A stretch of DNA of 64,000 nucleotides, taken from assembly GCF_009914755.1 (NCBI RefSeq), contig NC_060928.1; one strand, given 5' to 3'. The notes beneath the pieces are model-generated. The model ran no database searches. It was not told the DNA's origin and saw nothing but the letters and a program-made list of their open reading frames with translations. Below are positions 51,063-64,000 of this stretch, in pieces. The DNA comes from the human T2T-CHM13v2.0 reference genome, Homo sapiens. The position numbers and the translations under genes were made by a program. Every line of letters starts with the position of its first letter. Position 1 is the stretch's first letter.

Positions 51063-53304
51063 CTATCCTCCTGCCCTGGTTAGCATACTTCTGTGGTATA
51101 ATCTGCTCTACCAGTTCTGGGGCCTAAGAGAATGACTGACAATGTTATGATTAGAAGTGACCCAAGATTTGACAACTTAAGATCTATATCTCCTCTCTTT
51201 TTTAAGAAGCACTCTAATTTGTACAGTGTAGACATATTTAAACCTTATCTTTTATTTAAAAAAAATTTTCCCTCTTAATTTTCAATCCTTGACTTAGTGA
51301 ATTTAATTAATAGTATCAGGTTTTATCTTTCTTAATAAATAACTTCTACAGCTTCTCTTACGTCAATGAAGAAGACAAAGCAACTCTTAAGCTCAACGCT
51401 GTACAGAGATGAATCAGAACATTTCCTTTAGGCAAGAAGGAGCTGAGACAATTATGCTAGACCACTGAGTTTGTGGGGGAAATATATTAAGAAATTTCAC
51501 ACCGTCCACTAGCTAAAATGCTTTTAGGAATTGCTGCTACTCTTCGCAATGAGATCGCTGGTGGTGGAGGAAACTGGTTTGGCAAGCAAGTATCTTTAGG
51601 GCTGAGGTGGTTCTGTGCACTATTATTCTCTGATTAATGGGGAAGGCCACGGGTGTCATTTGGATAGGTCAATAAATATTAATTGGCTGTAGGGATAGAT
51701 TTTTAACTTTGTGTTCTTTTAGTTGCTTAGGGATTTTACAGGGGGAAAAAACCCGCAAAATACTCCTGTTTTAGAATGCATAGCATTTCCCAATTATTGA
51801 ATAATAGAGAAGTCAGAGAAAAAATCTGTATTTTATACACTCATTGGTTAATGGGGCATTACAATTGAACTCTGTTTATTTATCAAAATTTATATCCTAT
51901 TTCCTTCCCAAAAGAATTAAGTGGCTTACAATAAAAGGCACACACAGTCTATTATGTTCTAAATTTAGAAAAGTAAAATTTAAAGCCAAATATAAGGAAG
52001 AGAAAGTAATTCTATAAATTAACGAGGCGAAATATTAGTTGGAACCACATTCAACCATTTCTGATCCACAAAAACAGCAATGTTATATGATTCTATCTGA
52101 TTTAATTACTGCAATTGCAGGTTTAATTTAACTTGAAACTTCCTAGCAAAAAGGGAAACATGATAAACTATACTATTTTCCCTGTTAACTAAATTCTTAC
52201 ATGCATATCCTTTGAGAGACAATATTTTCTAGATACTGAAATCTAAAAGAAATCTGCATTTCAGTTTTTTATCCAAGGGCAATTTAACAATACAAAGGAC
52301 GTCTTCAGGGATGATATTACCAAAGAAGTAGAGATTTCCTTCCTGGGATCATCACTTACAACTGTATTGACTGAATGCAATGGAAGTGCTGTTCGTAAGA
52401 ACACAACACTTTTCAGAGAAGGCACAGGAGGCGGGGGCAGGGCCGGGGGTGGAGATAAGTAAATGAAAGTCTGAAACTCTAGCTTTGTTATCCTGTCCCC
52501 TGATACAATGTTATCATTCAGAATCCCTAGAACAGTGTTTTCTGACCTGGTGGGTCCCAGAACTGCTGGCCCTCTGAAGGTTCGCCGTTAATGAAGCCAA
52601 TAATATGTCTTCTGCTCATCTAGTGTTGACTGCGGGACAGCTCAGACCCTTCAACAGCTGAGGGTGTGTTTTAGGGGCTTTCTCTGAGAATAGAACATTG
52701 CATACAGTGTTTCCCAAAATTATGTGAGTGTGGAATCTCTTTTTCTTTAAACACCAGTTACTAAGCTGGTAGAGTGCTCAGCTCAAAAACTTCTTAGAAA
52801 ATTTGACTGAGATCAGTATTATTCAAACTATGACCAATCAGTGGTCACAAACAGCGTTTTAAAAGTTAAAAGAGTAGTAAAGAAAAAAAATCAAAAAGCA
52901 GGGCACACAGTGCAAGTCAGAGCTGTTGTGTGACATTTTTGGTAGTTAAGTGTGTGAAGGCACAGTCCGGTGCAGCTGGGTAAGTGCCTGGCTCAGCTGT
53001 GCTGCCTGGGATGGGGGCAGGCAGGGGTGAGACCTGACATGTCACATCGTGGGGTTTGGCTCCATCCTGAGCAGCAGGGAACATGTCATGTCTTTTTACC
53101 CATCAGAAAAATCACTTGGGTTGCTGATTGTCAAGGACACAGACAGAGATGGGAGTTAAAGATCAGGGGTGGACAAACAGGTATAAGAAGTAGTTAAGAA
53201 AAATTAACCAACACTTGGAAATAAGACAAAAGGAGGACAGTGTGTCTTTCAATGTCACAGTAGAGCAACACTTAATGGACCCTCCTAAGGATTACTTACT
53301 TCAC

Positions 53305-53610
53305 TAGGGGAGTCCCGTTCAACAGAAATACAATGCAAGCCACATTAAGTAATTTACAATTTTCTAGTAGCCACATTAAACAACTGGAAAATGGAAGTGA
53401 AATTAATTTCAATATTTTATTTAAGCTAATATGTCCAAAATACTATCATTTCAATGTGTAATCAATATGAAATTGTTATGAGACATTTTACATCTTTTTA
53501 ATACAATGTTTGTGAATTCTGGCATGTATTTTACACTTTACAGCACATTTCAATTCAGACCAGCTACATTTCAAGTGCTCAAGGCCATCACCGAAATGAA
53601 CAGCCCAGCT
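53305..53610. mobile_element. MER33-like hAT-Charlie element
   Basis: AATTTTCTAGTAGCCACATTAAA...CTACATTTCAAGTGCTCAA. Confidence 0.75.
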
Positions 53611-54104
53611 CTAGGGAAATGTATTTTTATCTGACTTTGCTAGTGATTAGGGCTCAGACTCTGGGAGAGTAGTTGTTAATTTGTAGAACATTAATATGTT
53701 ACAAGTAATGTTTGCAACTTTCTGCTAAGAAAAAAAAAAATAACCCCAAAGGTGAGGATTTCATTGCCAGTAGAACATTAACCAGTTTTGTATCCACCTT
53801 AGTCATCTATTCTAGTATTTTCTCTTTTCCTCTAGCTGCTGTTATGATCTGTGTTATGCCTTTGGTTTCAACTGTTTTATTAGGCTGTGTCTAGGCAGCA
53901 GTACATGTGTGTTTGTGTATGTGTGTGATTCTTCCTGGCTTGAGGTTTTTTGAAACCTTTTCAAATTCTTGAAAGCACAAGTGCTTCCTGGTGGCTTGGT
54001 TATCAGGTTTAGAAGATTCTCAGCCTTTCTTAGGTTCCTTTGAACTGGTGTTGGTAGCCAGCTCATGAGTTAAATAAATCTTTGGCATGCACTCACTGCA
54101 TATT

Positions 54105-54850
54105 TTAAAACTTTTATTTTAAGCAACCTTATTGAGTATAATTGATACACAATAAACTGCATATATTTAAAATATCCAATTTGATAAGTTTTGACAATAT
54201 GTACCTGTGAAACTATTACCACCATCAACATAATGAGTATATCTGTAACTCTCAAAGATTCTTCCTGCCTCGTTATAATCCCTGCCTTCTGTCCTTTCCC
54301 AGGTAATCACTGAACTGCCTTCTGTCACTACAAATTAGTTTACCTTGCATTTATAGAATTTTACATAAATGCAATCACACACTACCTTTTTTTCTGGTCT
54401 GGCTTCTTTCACTCAGCACAATTATTGTGAGATTCAGCACGTTGCTGTATATACCGTTGTCGCTTGGTGTCTGCAGGGAATTAGTTCCAGGACCCCCAAC
54501 GATGCTCAAGCCTCTTATATAAAATGGGACAGTATTTGCATATAACCTATGCACATCTTCCTGTATACTTTAATCTCTAGATTACTTATAATACGTAATA
54601 CAATGCAAAACTATGTAGATAATTGTTATATTATTTTTAAAAACTTGTATTATTTTTCATTGTTGTATTTTTTTCCAAATATTTCCCATCTGCAGTTGGT
54701 TGAATGTGTCGATGTAAAAAATCTGCAGATATAGAGGGCCGACTGTATCAACAGCTGGTTCCTTTTCACTGCTGTGTGGATATCTGTTATACAATATACC
54801 ATGGTCTGTTTATCTATTTACCTGCTGATGGATATTTGAATCATTACCCA
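54105..54850 (-). mobile_element. L1M 3' end interrupted by MER2
   Basis: Reverse L1M 3' UTR motifs on both sides of the MER2. Confidence 0.75.
54454..54745 (+). mobile_element. MER2 (TcMar-Tigger) element
   Basis: GTTCCAGGACCCCC...GATGCTCAAGCCTCTTATATAAAATGG...GAGGGCCGACTG, with TA flanks. Confidence 0.85.
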
Positions 54851-55989
54851 CTGTCAATATGACAGCCTGTTTTTAACTCTGACCTAGGTATTAAGGAGGT
54901 AGACTCTTTAGGGCTGACCACCACTATGGGTGGGGAGGACCCACAGGAGCAGGGTCGGGGGCTCCCACACTGCTGACCTGTGTACTACATGGCAGAGCCA
55001 TTAACCACAGTGGCTCAGCATAAGTCCAGTGGATGAACACATGCCGAAATGAGTGAATGTATGAATGCAGAACACGGGAGAATAAATAGAAAGAACAGCT
55101 TTGAAAATGGGGTCAGGAGTCTGTCTTGGCCAACGTGGAGTATAACAGATTTGCCTTGGCATCCCAGCAGAAAGCTGTTACCCATCTGAGAGCAAAGGTG
55201 GCCTAGCCTAGGTTAGCCAAGGTTGGGCCATACCCACTATTTACACCCTCGTGGCACGTGGTTAGGAAAGAGACTTCTCTCAAAAGACAACTCAATTCTT
55301 TGGAGCTCAGATGCTGTTTATGGACTTAGGGGATGACGTGTGCCCTCTCATCCTTGTTCCCATCCTCATTCCAGGTCTGTATAAAGGCAGGTCATGTAGG
55401 GGTGGGGTGCTGAGGGCCAGGGTCAGAGGGGATCAGATACTTTCAATCTGAACTAAATCTCTATTTCACAGATTTGGTAATCAAAGAAGGGTCAACTCTT
55501 TGAAAAATGGCATTAATGCCTTAATCGGTGCTATATATAAAATTCCTGCAAACTCATCCTGCTGTGCCCTGTTTAGTTCACCTGCTGGGACAGACCTGGT
55601 TTTAGGACCTCACAGGAACATTTGATTCTGTGAGTTGAAGATTGAGACTTGCAGTTTTCTAGTGTTGCTTCCAACAAATTCACTCAGGAGCTCTCCTTTA
55701 GGGAGGAGGCAAGAAGGATTTAGGGATCAGGGAGGTAGGAGCCACGTGTCATGAACTATTGTCCAGTGGCAAAGTGACTCTTAACTCTATCATGACCTGC
55801 CACACCCCGGGCAGAGCAGCTCAGGGTACAGGGCATGGGGCTCGTGAGCCCTGCCTGAAGATGGCTCTCCAGTGGGCAGGGTGCTTGGTGCAGAGAAAAA
55901 GCAGCCCTTGAAAATGCAGCTGGAGCATTTTCCTAAAGGGGCAGACTTGGCAAGACAGGGTGGGTGGCTGAGCATTAGAGAAGCAATCA

Positions 55990-56312
55990 GGCCGGACTCG
56001 GTGGCTCACGCCTGTAATCCCAGCACTTTGGGAGGCTGAGGAAGGCGGATCACTTGAGGCTAGGAGTTCAACACCAGCTTGGCCAACATGGCAAAACCCC
56101 ATCTCTACTAAAAATACAAAAATTAGACGGGTGTGGTGGCACATGTCTGTAATTCCAGCTACTCAGGAGGCTGAGGCATGAGAATCACTTGAACCCGGGA
56201 GGCTGAGGTGAGTTGACATCTTGCCACTGCACTCCACCCTGGACGACAGAGTGAGACTCCATTCCAAAAATACCAAACCAAACCAAAACAAAACAAAAAA
56301 AACAAAATAAAA
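55990..56312 (+). mobile_element. AluS
   Basis: Dimeric Alu with TSD AGAGAAGCAATCA. Confidence 0.95.
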
Positions 56313-57609
56313 GAGAAGCAATCAGAAGCTTATCTAATGCACTGCCCGCAGAGAGAAAGGCACCTGTGTCTGCTTGGCTTTGTCCTCCCCATCACGTTAC
56401 CTGCCTGTTTGCCATGTCAGCATCCATCTTCATCCACTGTGTCCCTGCCATGCCCCCTGTCCGGATCTCCCTCAGAGACTGTAACTGTGCCCCCTAACTC
56501 ATCCTCTCCCGCCTCAGGACTTTCAAATGTTTCTTCCTCTTTGGAGTATTTCTGGTATAAAATTTCTGACTGAATGAGAACATTTTCTGGGTTTTATTTT
56601 TCTTAGTCTCCCCTCCCCCATCACACTCTTCTAGATGAGTGAATGGTGTCAGAGCCCGTCTGTCACCCACTCTGTGTTCCTTTATTTATAGCCTTGATGA
56701 TTCTTCCAGGGTTTGGAGAGGTTTATTCTTTCCATTTTAAGTCAACTCTCTGGCTCCCTTCTTTTTCTTTGGCCCCACGTCTGATCTGGCATTTCCGTCC
56801 TCTGGCTGCCATGACCGCGCCTGCATGATTCTGTTCCCAAGAGCTTTTTACTCTTGGAAATTGGGTTCTTGCTTGAGGACTCTGGGTTCAATTTCCTAAT
56901 TCTTGTCTTTGATTTCCTTTCCTGTCTTCCCTTTTCAAACAAGCACATCCCTAGGCCACTTTTTGGGGAATAGCCTAGAAGAACAGAATTCCCAGTTGAA
57001 GTTATAACAAAGAAACATGAGACCCAGTGCCTGAGCCCAAAGTGTGGGTGCTGCTCCGAGGGACTGCAGGGAACATAACTCTACTGTCTTCTTATCTTAA
57101 GAGAGAGCAGTGTGCAGGAGGAGACTAGAACGTGGGACCTGGAAGGAAACTGGTGCAGCCTCACATGGACTCACAGAAGCAGGAACTCTTGGCTCCCAAG
57201 TGAACAAGACTTTTTCAGTCCACCCAAAGGCTCAAGGCTAGCTGAAAATTCATGACACGATAATTCTCCTACATTCTCATTTTTCTCTGTTAAAATATAA
57301 CTCCTCTGAACACAAGCCATTCCAAAGCTTGAGTTCACAGCTCTGATACTTAAACACCAATTCTGACTTCATAAGAGGGTTAGAAAAATACAAAGCCATT
57401 TTGGGGGGCTCTGAACAACAATTTTAGCCTTTGAAGGGCAGCATCAAATAGCTCTAGGGAACTCTATGAAGAGTCACCAACTCGTTAGTTGAGACTCACT
57501 ATGAACTAGAGATAATTTCTAGATATTAAAAAGACAGAATAATACTAAGCTCTCATGTTAAATTTCTCCTTATTTTTAATAATATGTTACGGTTGACCCA
57601 GGACAATAT

Positions 57610-57915
<306 letters not shown>

Positions 57916-59360
57916 AGACCCAGGACAATATTTCAAGGAAATATTACTATGTTAATAAAAAGAGTGTCACTGGGAGCGATGGCACTTATGACCCTTGCAT
58001 GAAAGGACCTCCATATTTCAGCTACGTCAGTGATGATCTCCAGTGCGGATGGAGACAGTGGCACACAGAGCGCCCCTAACATCAGTGCAAAGGAAGAGGC
58101 ACAATTACATTGCAAATGGTGAGATTCCTACTCCAGTGTTCCTTCTCTTGACCTACTCTAGCTCTCAAAAACTCGACACAATGAGACTCCTTGAGTTCCA
58201 CCTGATGTTCTCAAATTCTTCTTTCCCAGTGACGAACTGTGCTGCACTAAATTCATAGTCACTGGACTCCCCAGGAAACCAAAAATCTCAGGATGATGAC
58301 ATTTGAGTAAAAAGGTTCCAGGTGACAACTCGTGTATGAAAAGTGGTGACTGCACCTTCCTTTGCAACAAGAGGCTTTTAGCAATTCTTCAAGCACCAAA
58401 CCATGCACTGAACATCTGCATAAGTTCTGGGTTATCATGGTTATGACTTCCTCTGTTCTCAAAGACATTCATCCATGTTTACATGGGTTGTTAGGCTATT
58501 TCTTTACTCAAATGACTCTTCTTTTCCTGGGATGCTCCAAGTATTCAAAGAAGATCACGGCACTTTGAGGATGGACACAGAGAATCAAACATGATAGATC
58601 TCCCTCGCTCTGCATCCAGAAAGGCCCATCCTTTGTCTGGCTCAGGACTCAGGGGAAGTGCGAGATGGAAGCTGTTCGAAGATCATCATCAGACTTTTCT
58701 GCTCTCTCTTGACACAACAGCCTCAAGCCCCCACACGTCACTGGCTGCTACTGAAACATGCTCACAAGAAATCCTGAACCATGCTTTGAGCCAGAGTTAC
58801 CAAAATGGACGAGGTATTTCTCAGGAGAAACTGTCGCCTTCATAGATTCATGAACAGGGACAGGACCGCCATGAACGATCTGTCTGAAAATGCCCTCCCA
58901 CTTTCCTCTAAGGGAAACTGTTCTTGGACAATCACTTACGATGTCTTTCCTTAAAGGTTATTCTGTGCTGAAAGTATTGCAAGCATCCCATCATGATTAA
59001 TGGAAGGCAGAGAAGCCACTTTTAAAGAGATAAAATAGAACCACAGTGTAAGTCAGCAAAACGGTCAAGTAAATCGTGATGCCTCTGCTTATCATGGAGC
59101 TGCATTAAAGAGAAATTAACTCCAGAGGTCAAGACAATACTATAGTGTAGGGAGAGAATTATTGTTCCTTCCTGAAGACTTTTCTCCCTGAGGCAAGACA
59201 GCACATACCATAGATTAAACTTTCATCAGCAGATCTTGGAATTCCATCAGTCTTTCATTACTGACTGGCTCAGAGAATCCCCTACTAGATGTCATCAGGA
59301 AACTCTACTTCTTCCAGACTGAGACCCCACCTAATCACTCCTAGGGAAAAAAAACAATGA

Positions 59361-59822
<462 letters not shown>

Positions 59823-61145
59823 TAATAATTTAGAAAGGAAGTCTCCTTGGCACAACGGCTGCAGTGTCACCTGCAGTGTGGTGTAAACACAAAGAAGAGC
59901 CACACTGGCTTGCTCAGAAAAGCTTTCCTGACTGCCCTCCATATGGTGGACAGACTGCGCTGTGTGAGTGGCTGTCTCCTTCAGTCAGCGCTAATTCAAT
60001 CTTAAAGGTCAACCAGGGAGGGGACAGGCAGGACCAGGCAGGAGACAGAAACCACACCAGTCATTTGAACGGAGAATAGCACATAGGATTTTAACTAATA
60101 ACTACAATGGCAAAAGGGGATCCTGAGAAAGCTCCCATGGAGGCTGCAACTGTTAAGAGGGGGGCTCTGACCTGCAGGGTTGAGGGAACAGAGGAGAGAG
60201 GTTGCAATAATTAAAACATAGAAGCTTCACGGAGGAGCCTCCTGGAGCAAAACCTCGGACTGCAGAGGAAGAGACATTGTTGGCTGCTGATGGTGTCCCT
60301 AGGCTTGAAGGAGGGACCCCAGGGCCAGGACCTAGACTTAAAAAGAGGGCTTGCCTGCTAGCTGTGCTGGAATCTCTGAAGAAGCCGTGTGATGAAGCCA
60401 GTTCTGCATTTCTGTGAAGTTGGAAAAACTGCAAACTGGATTCAGAACTGATGCAACTGGGATAAAGCTGTGTTTCTAGGATGGTGCTCAGAGAAACAGG
60501 AAGCAAAGGAGGGAGCAAGTTCCTCCTTCCTCCTCCACCTGGCAGTTCTCCTTCGAGTGGGGCACAGTCACCAGAGTCTAACAGGTAGCAGACGAGAGAA
60601 GCAGGAGCGTAGTTTGCGGAGTCCCAGCCCCAGCATCACAAAGCTGAGCGGGGAAGTGTGGGTTTGGAGCTGAGGGGACAGCTGCTTAATGACACTAGTA
60701 CGGGAAGCAACAGGCCGTGGGGGTGAGAAACTTGAGGTGACTGGTTTTCACACTGCGTCGGAACGTTAGCTGTTAAACTTCTTTGGTGATTGAGTTTTAA
60801 CTTGGCAAATGTCTGTGCAACTAGAGACTCTAGTTCCGAGTCCTTTGCAGCTGAGTGTGGCCAGTGGGGTGTGAACGGAATGTGAGTGTACCTGAGGTAC
60901 GCAAGTTCCAGGTGTGTTTAACTTGGAGACAAGTCACTTGGTCTGGTGAGGCCAGGACGGCAACTGAGGGATGGCAGAGCAACAATCTGGAAGGAGCCTG
61001 AACCCCTGAGTGGCACAGAGCTGTTCTTCCAGGTGGCAGTGCCCACTGCAGCTGCGGCATGAGAACTAACCTCTGGCACTGAAGCCAGTGGACTGCAGAG
61101 TACTTGTGGCAGCAGCCTGCCCTATACCCTTTTATAATACACAGA

Positions 61146-61526
<381 letters not shown>

Positions 61527-62419
61527 CTTACTCAAGCTTAACTCTACGGAACAGTAGCAAGGCTAAGCCGTGCTTTCAGGGACCCCCGAATGCTGCTAGT
61601 AGAAGACATGGCTAGGAAGGGAGATAGAGACTGCCAAAAAAAAAAAAAAAAATGGGCCCTTTCCACAACGACTTTCTATATACAGCAGCTACAAAGATCG
61701 CCTCGTTCCATTCTGAGTATGTTATTACTCAAATGTTCCTTCTATGAAGAGCTGGGCTGTGCTGAGTTCCCATATCTGGGTCCCCCGTTCTTTTTCTTAA
61801 TGCTTTGAAAATGTGGAAACTATTCTCAGCTCATGGACCCACAAAAACGAGGCTCAGGAACATGGTGTGTCCACCTTTGCTTTCCATTCACTCATGTGGT
61901 CTTATCTCTTCAATGAAGAAGCCAGACTGTAAGGACAGGGACCATGCCATAGCCTTCTGTGTCCTGCTGCTGCCTAACATAGTATTTAGGACGTATCTGA
62001 CCCAGCCTCTCCTCCCCTGCCAACCCCGGGACATTTAGACCATTCGCCATCTCTTGTCAAGATGAACAGAGTAGCTTCCCATTTGGGCTGGCAAAAATAC
62101 CTGGGGTGTGTTTTTTGCTCTGCCACAAACTACATGGGTCACCTAAGGTAATCACACTCTTCTGTCTTCAGTTTCCTAACCTCTAAAATAAAGAGACTGA
62201 AAGACACTAATACTAAAGCACCTTTTAAATCTAAAAACCTATGAGTCAAAGTTTTGCATATTCTAAATAATTAATCCCAATATTCCTCAGGATCCCTGAA
62301 CTCCTCCACAAAATTAAGCAGTGTTTTCAAAAGAAGTCAAAACAAAGCAGCAGAACAGCACTGGCATGAAAACAAGAACATAAAGTACATGTGACAAAGG
62401 CCTTTTTTAAAACATCCTA

Positions 62420-62710
62420 ACCAGGCACAGGGGCTCGCACCTGCTATCCCAGCACTTTGGGAGGCCGAAGTGGGAGGACTGCTTGAAGCCTGGAGTTCAA
62501 GACCAGCATGGGCAACAAAGTGAGACCCCGTATCTACAAAAATAAAAATAAAAAAAACACCTGTAGTCCCAGCTAACTCAGGATGCTGAGGCAGGAGGAT
62601 CGCTTGAGCCCAGGAATTTGGAGGCTGCAGTGAGTGATGATCAAGCCACTGTACTCCAGCCTGGGCAACAGAGCAAGACCCTGTCTCTAAAAATAAAAAG
62701 AAATAAAACA
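62420..62710 (+). mobile_element. AluJ
   Basis: Diverged dimeric Alu. Confidence 0.92.
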
Positions 62711-63070
62711 ACTTGGGCCAGGGTCTTGGTGGATAAATACAGCTGGGAATACCTTAGAAGAGAATATGAAAAAAAATTCGGTACAGTGGACACTATATTC
62801 TTTAGACAAAAGTTCCTGAGATCATAATCAGATAGAACAATCAAGTCAAAGATAACCTCATTTGGAAATTTATGAATAATCTATGACACAGAAAGATTTT
62901 ATTAAAAGTTGTTCATCAAAACCAGAAAAGAAAGGTATTAAACACCTTCAAGGAAGAGAAGTTTGGCTACACAATCTGTAAGCATAAGCAACATCACAGG
63001 GTAAACACTGAACCTGAATAAGAGAGCACTGTTTAAAAAGCACTGCACACATCATGACTGTTGATGGTTG

Positions 63071-63528
63071 TGTGAGAAAACATTTTAAATGGTCCATTTT
63101 CAAGGCATGATAAATCTAAGTCCTGGCAGCCAGGCTGCAAATGTAACAAACCACATGGCTCATGCACCTAGAAAGTCACAATAAGCTAACAGAATGTAGA
63201 GGAGGGGTCAGCCCATTAAAGGGAAGAAAGTTTTCTTATTGGGAAATGAAAATTAAGCGGGGAAGGGAATGAGGTATAACCTTATAAGGGGGATAATGAA
63301 ACTTAGGTAATGTCCAGGAAGATTGTAGCCCCATAGTACTCGGCCAGTGAGGAATTGGGGGAGGGACTGGCGTGCTAGGAGATAAATTACCTGTTGTGAC
63401 TGTCCCAGGTGTGCCTGCCCACCAGATACCCGATCTCGCAAGACTGTTATTAAAAAGTCTCACTTTCACTGTTCTTCGTGCCTCTAAGTCCATTCTTGGG
63501 GTTTGGATGGGTGAGTGTGTTTCTCATA
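63071..63528 (+). mobile_element. ERV solo LTR, 458 bp, family not assigned
   Basis: Inverted termini TGTGAGAA...TTCTCATA, 4-bp TSD GTTG, GATAAA TATA-like element, and ATTAAA near 63449. Confidence 0.8.
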
Positions 63529-64000
63529 GTTGCCATTCATTATGAAGAAATTTTATCTTCATTAGAGCAGGCCCAATGGGGTCTCCACTTATAATATTCA
63601 TTAAAAGTAATTCCAATTTTTCTTAATAATCAAAAATAGCAGTTTAGTGTTGCCACGAATTTAAATGAATGAGTTTACTAACGACAGCAATATTTCCTGA
63701 AGTGTGTTCCATGTGATTGTGTTTCCACCGAGGAAACGGTCCAGCCAAGCCTGGGAAACGCTTTCTTGCAGAGTCCTAGTGCATCTCAGCGTAGGAAAAC
63801 CTCTGAGAGGGCCCAGTGTACTTGGTTTAACTCAGTTTCCCAAGTGACTATAGAATCTTTTTTTTTTTCTCAAGGGAAAACCGTGGATTAATCACTGATA
63901 GGGAAGCCTCTTGGAAACATCCCATTTACGGGGTCTGAAACCCTCTGACAATATCCATTTTCCTTTCTTGTGGGAAATGGCTGAGATGAGCAGACTATAG

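Overview
Primate (most likely human) genomic DNA, dense in Alu, L1, L2, MIR, MaLR/ERV LTR and MER elements, carrying part of APBB2 (FE65L1, amyloid-beta precursor protein-binding family B member 2) on the minus strand. Five coding exons (8534-8420, 5176-5089, 3927-3844, 1717-1602 and the first 8 nt of the next exon at 8-1) splice in frame to give the end of PTB1, the linker and the start of PTB2. The other ~55 kb is one long phase-2 intron that splits PTB1. That intron is not inert. It holds a 6-nt AGAGAG microexon (20334-20339) equivalent to the neuronal microexon of APBB1/FE65, and an internal CpG-island promoter (~34.7-35.3 kb) that could produce a PTB2-only protein. It also has three candidate cryptic exons: a poison-type exon near the microexon, an in-frame L2-derived 57-nt exon, and a stop-containing 132-nt or terminal exon. 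Other features are a NAGNAG acceptor, Y1 RNA and U13 snoRNA retrocopies, an old L1 with twin-priming geometry, and an unexplained exact 20-bp direct repeat. Gene and repeat names come from recall of known sequences, not a database search. Repeat boundaries are approximate. I see no evidence of a wholly new gene system; almost all ORFs in the track are repeat-derived noise.
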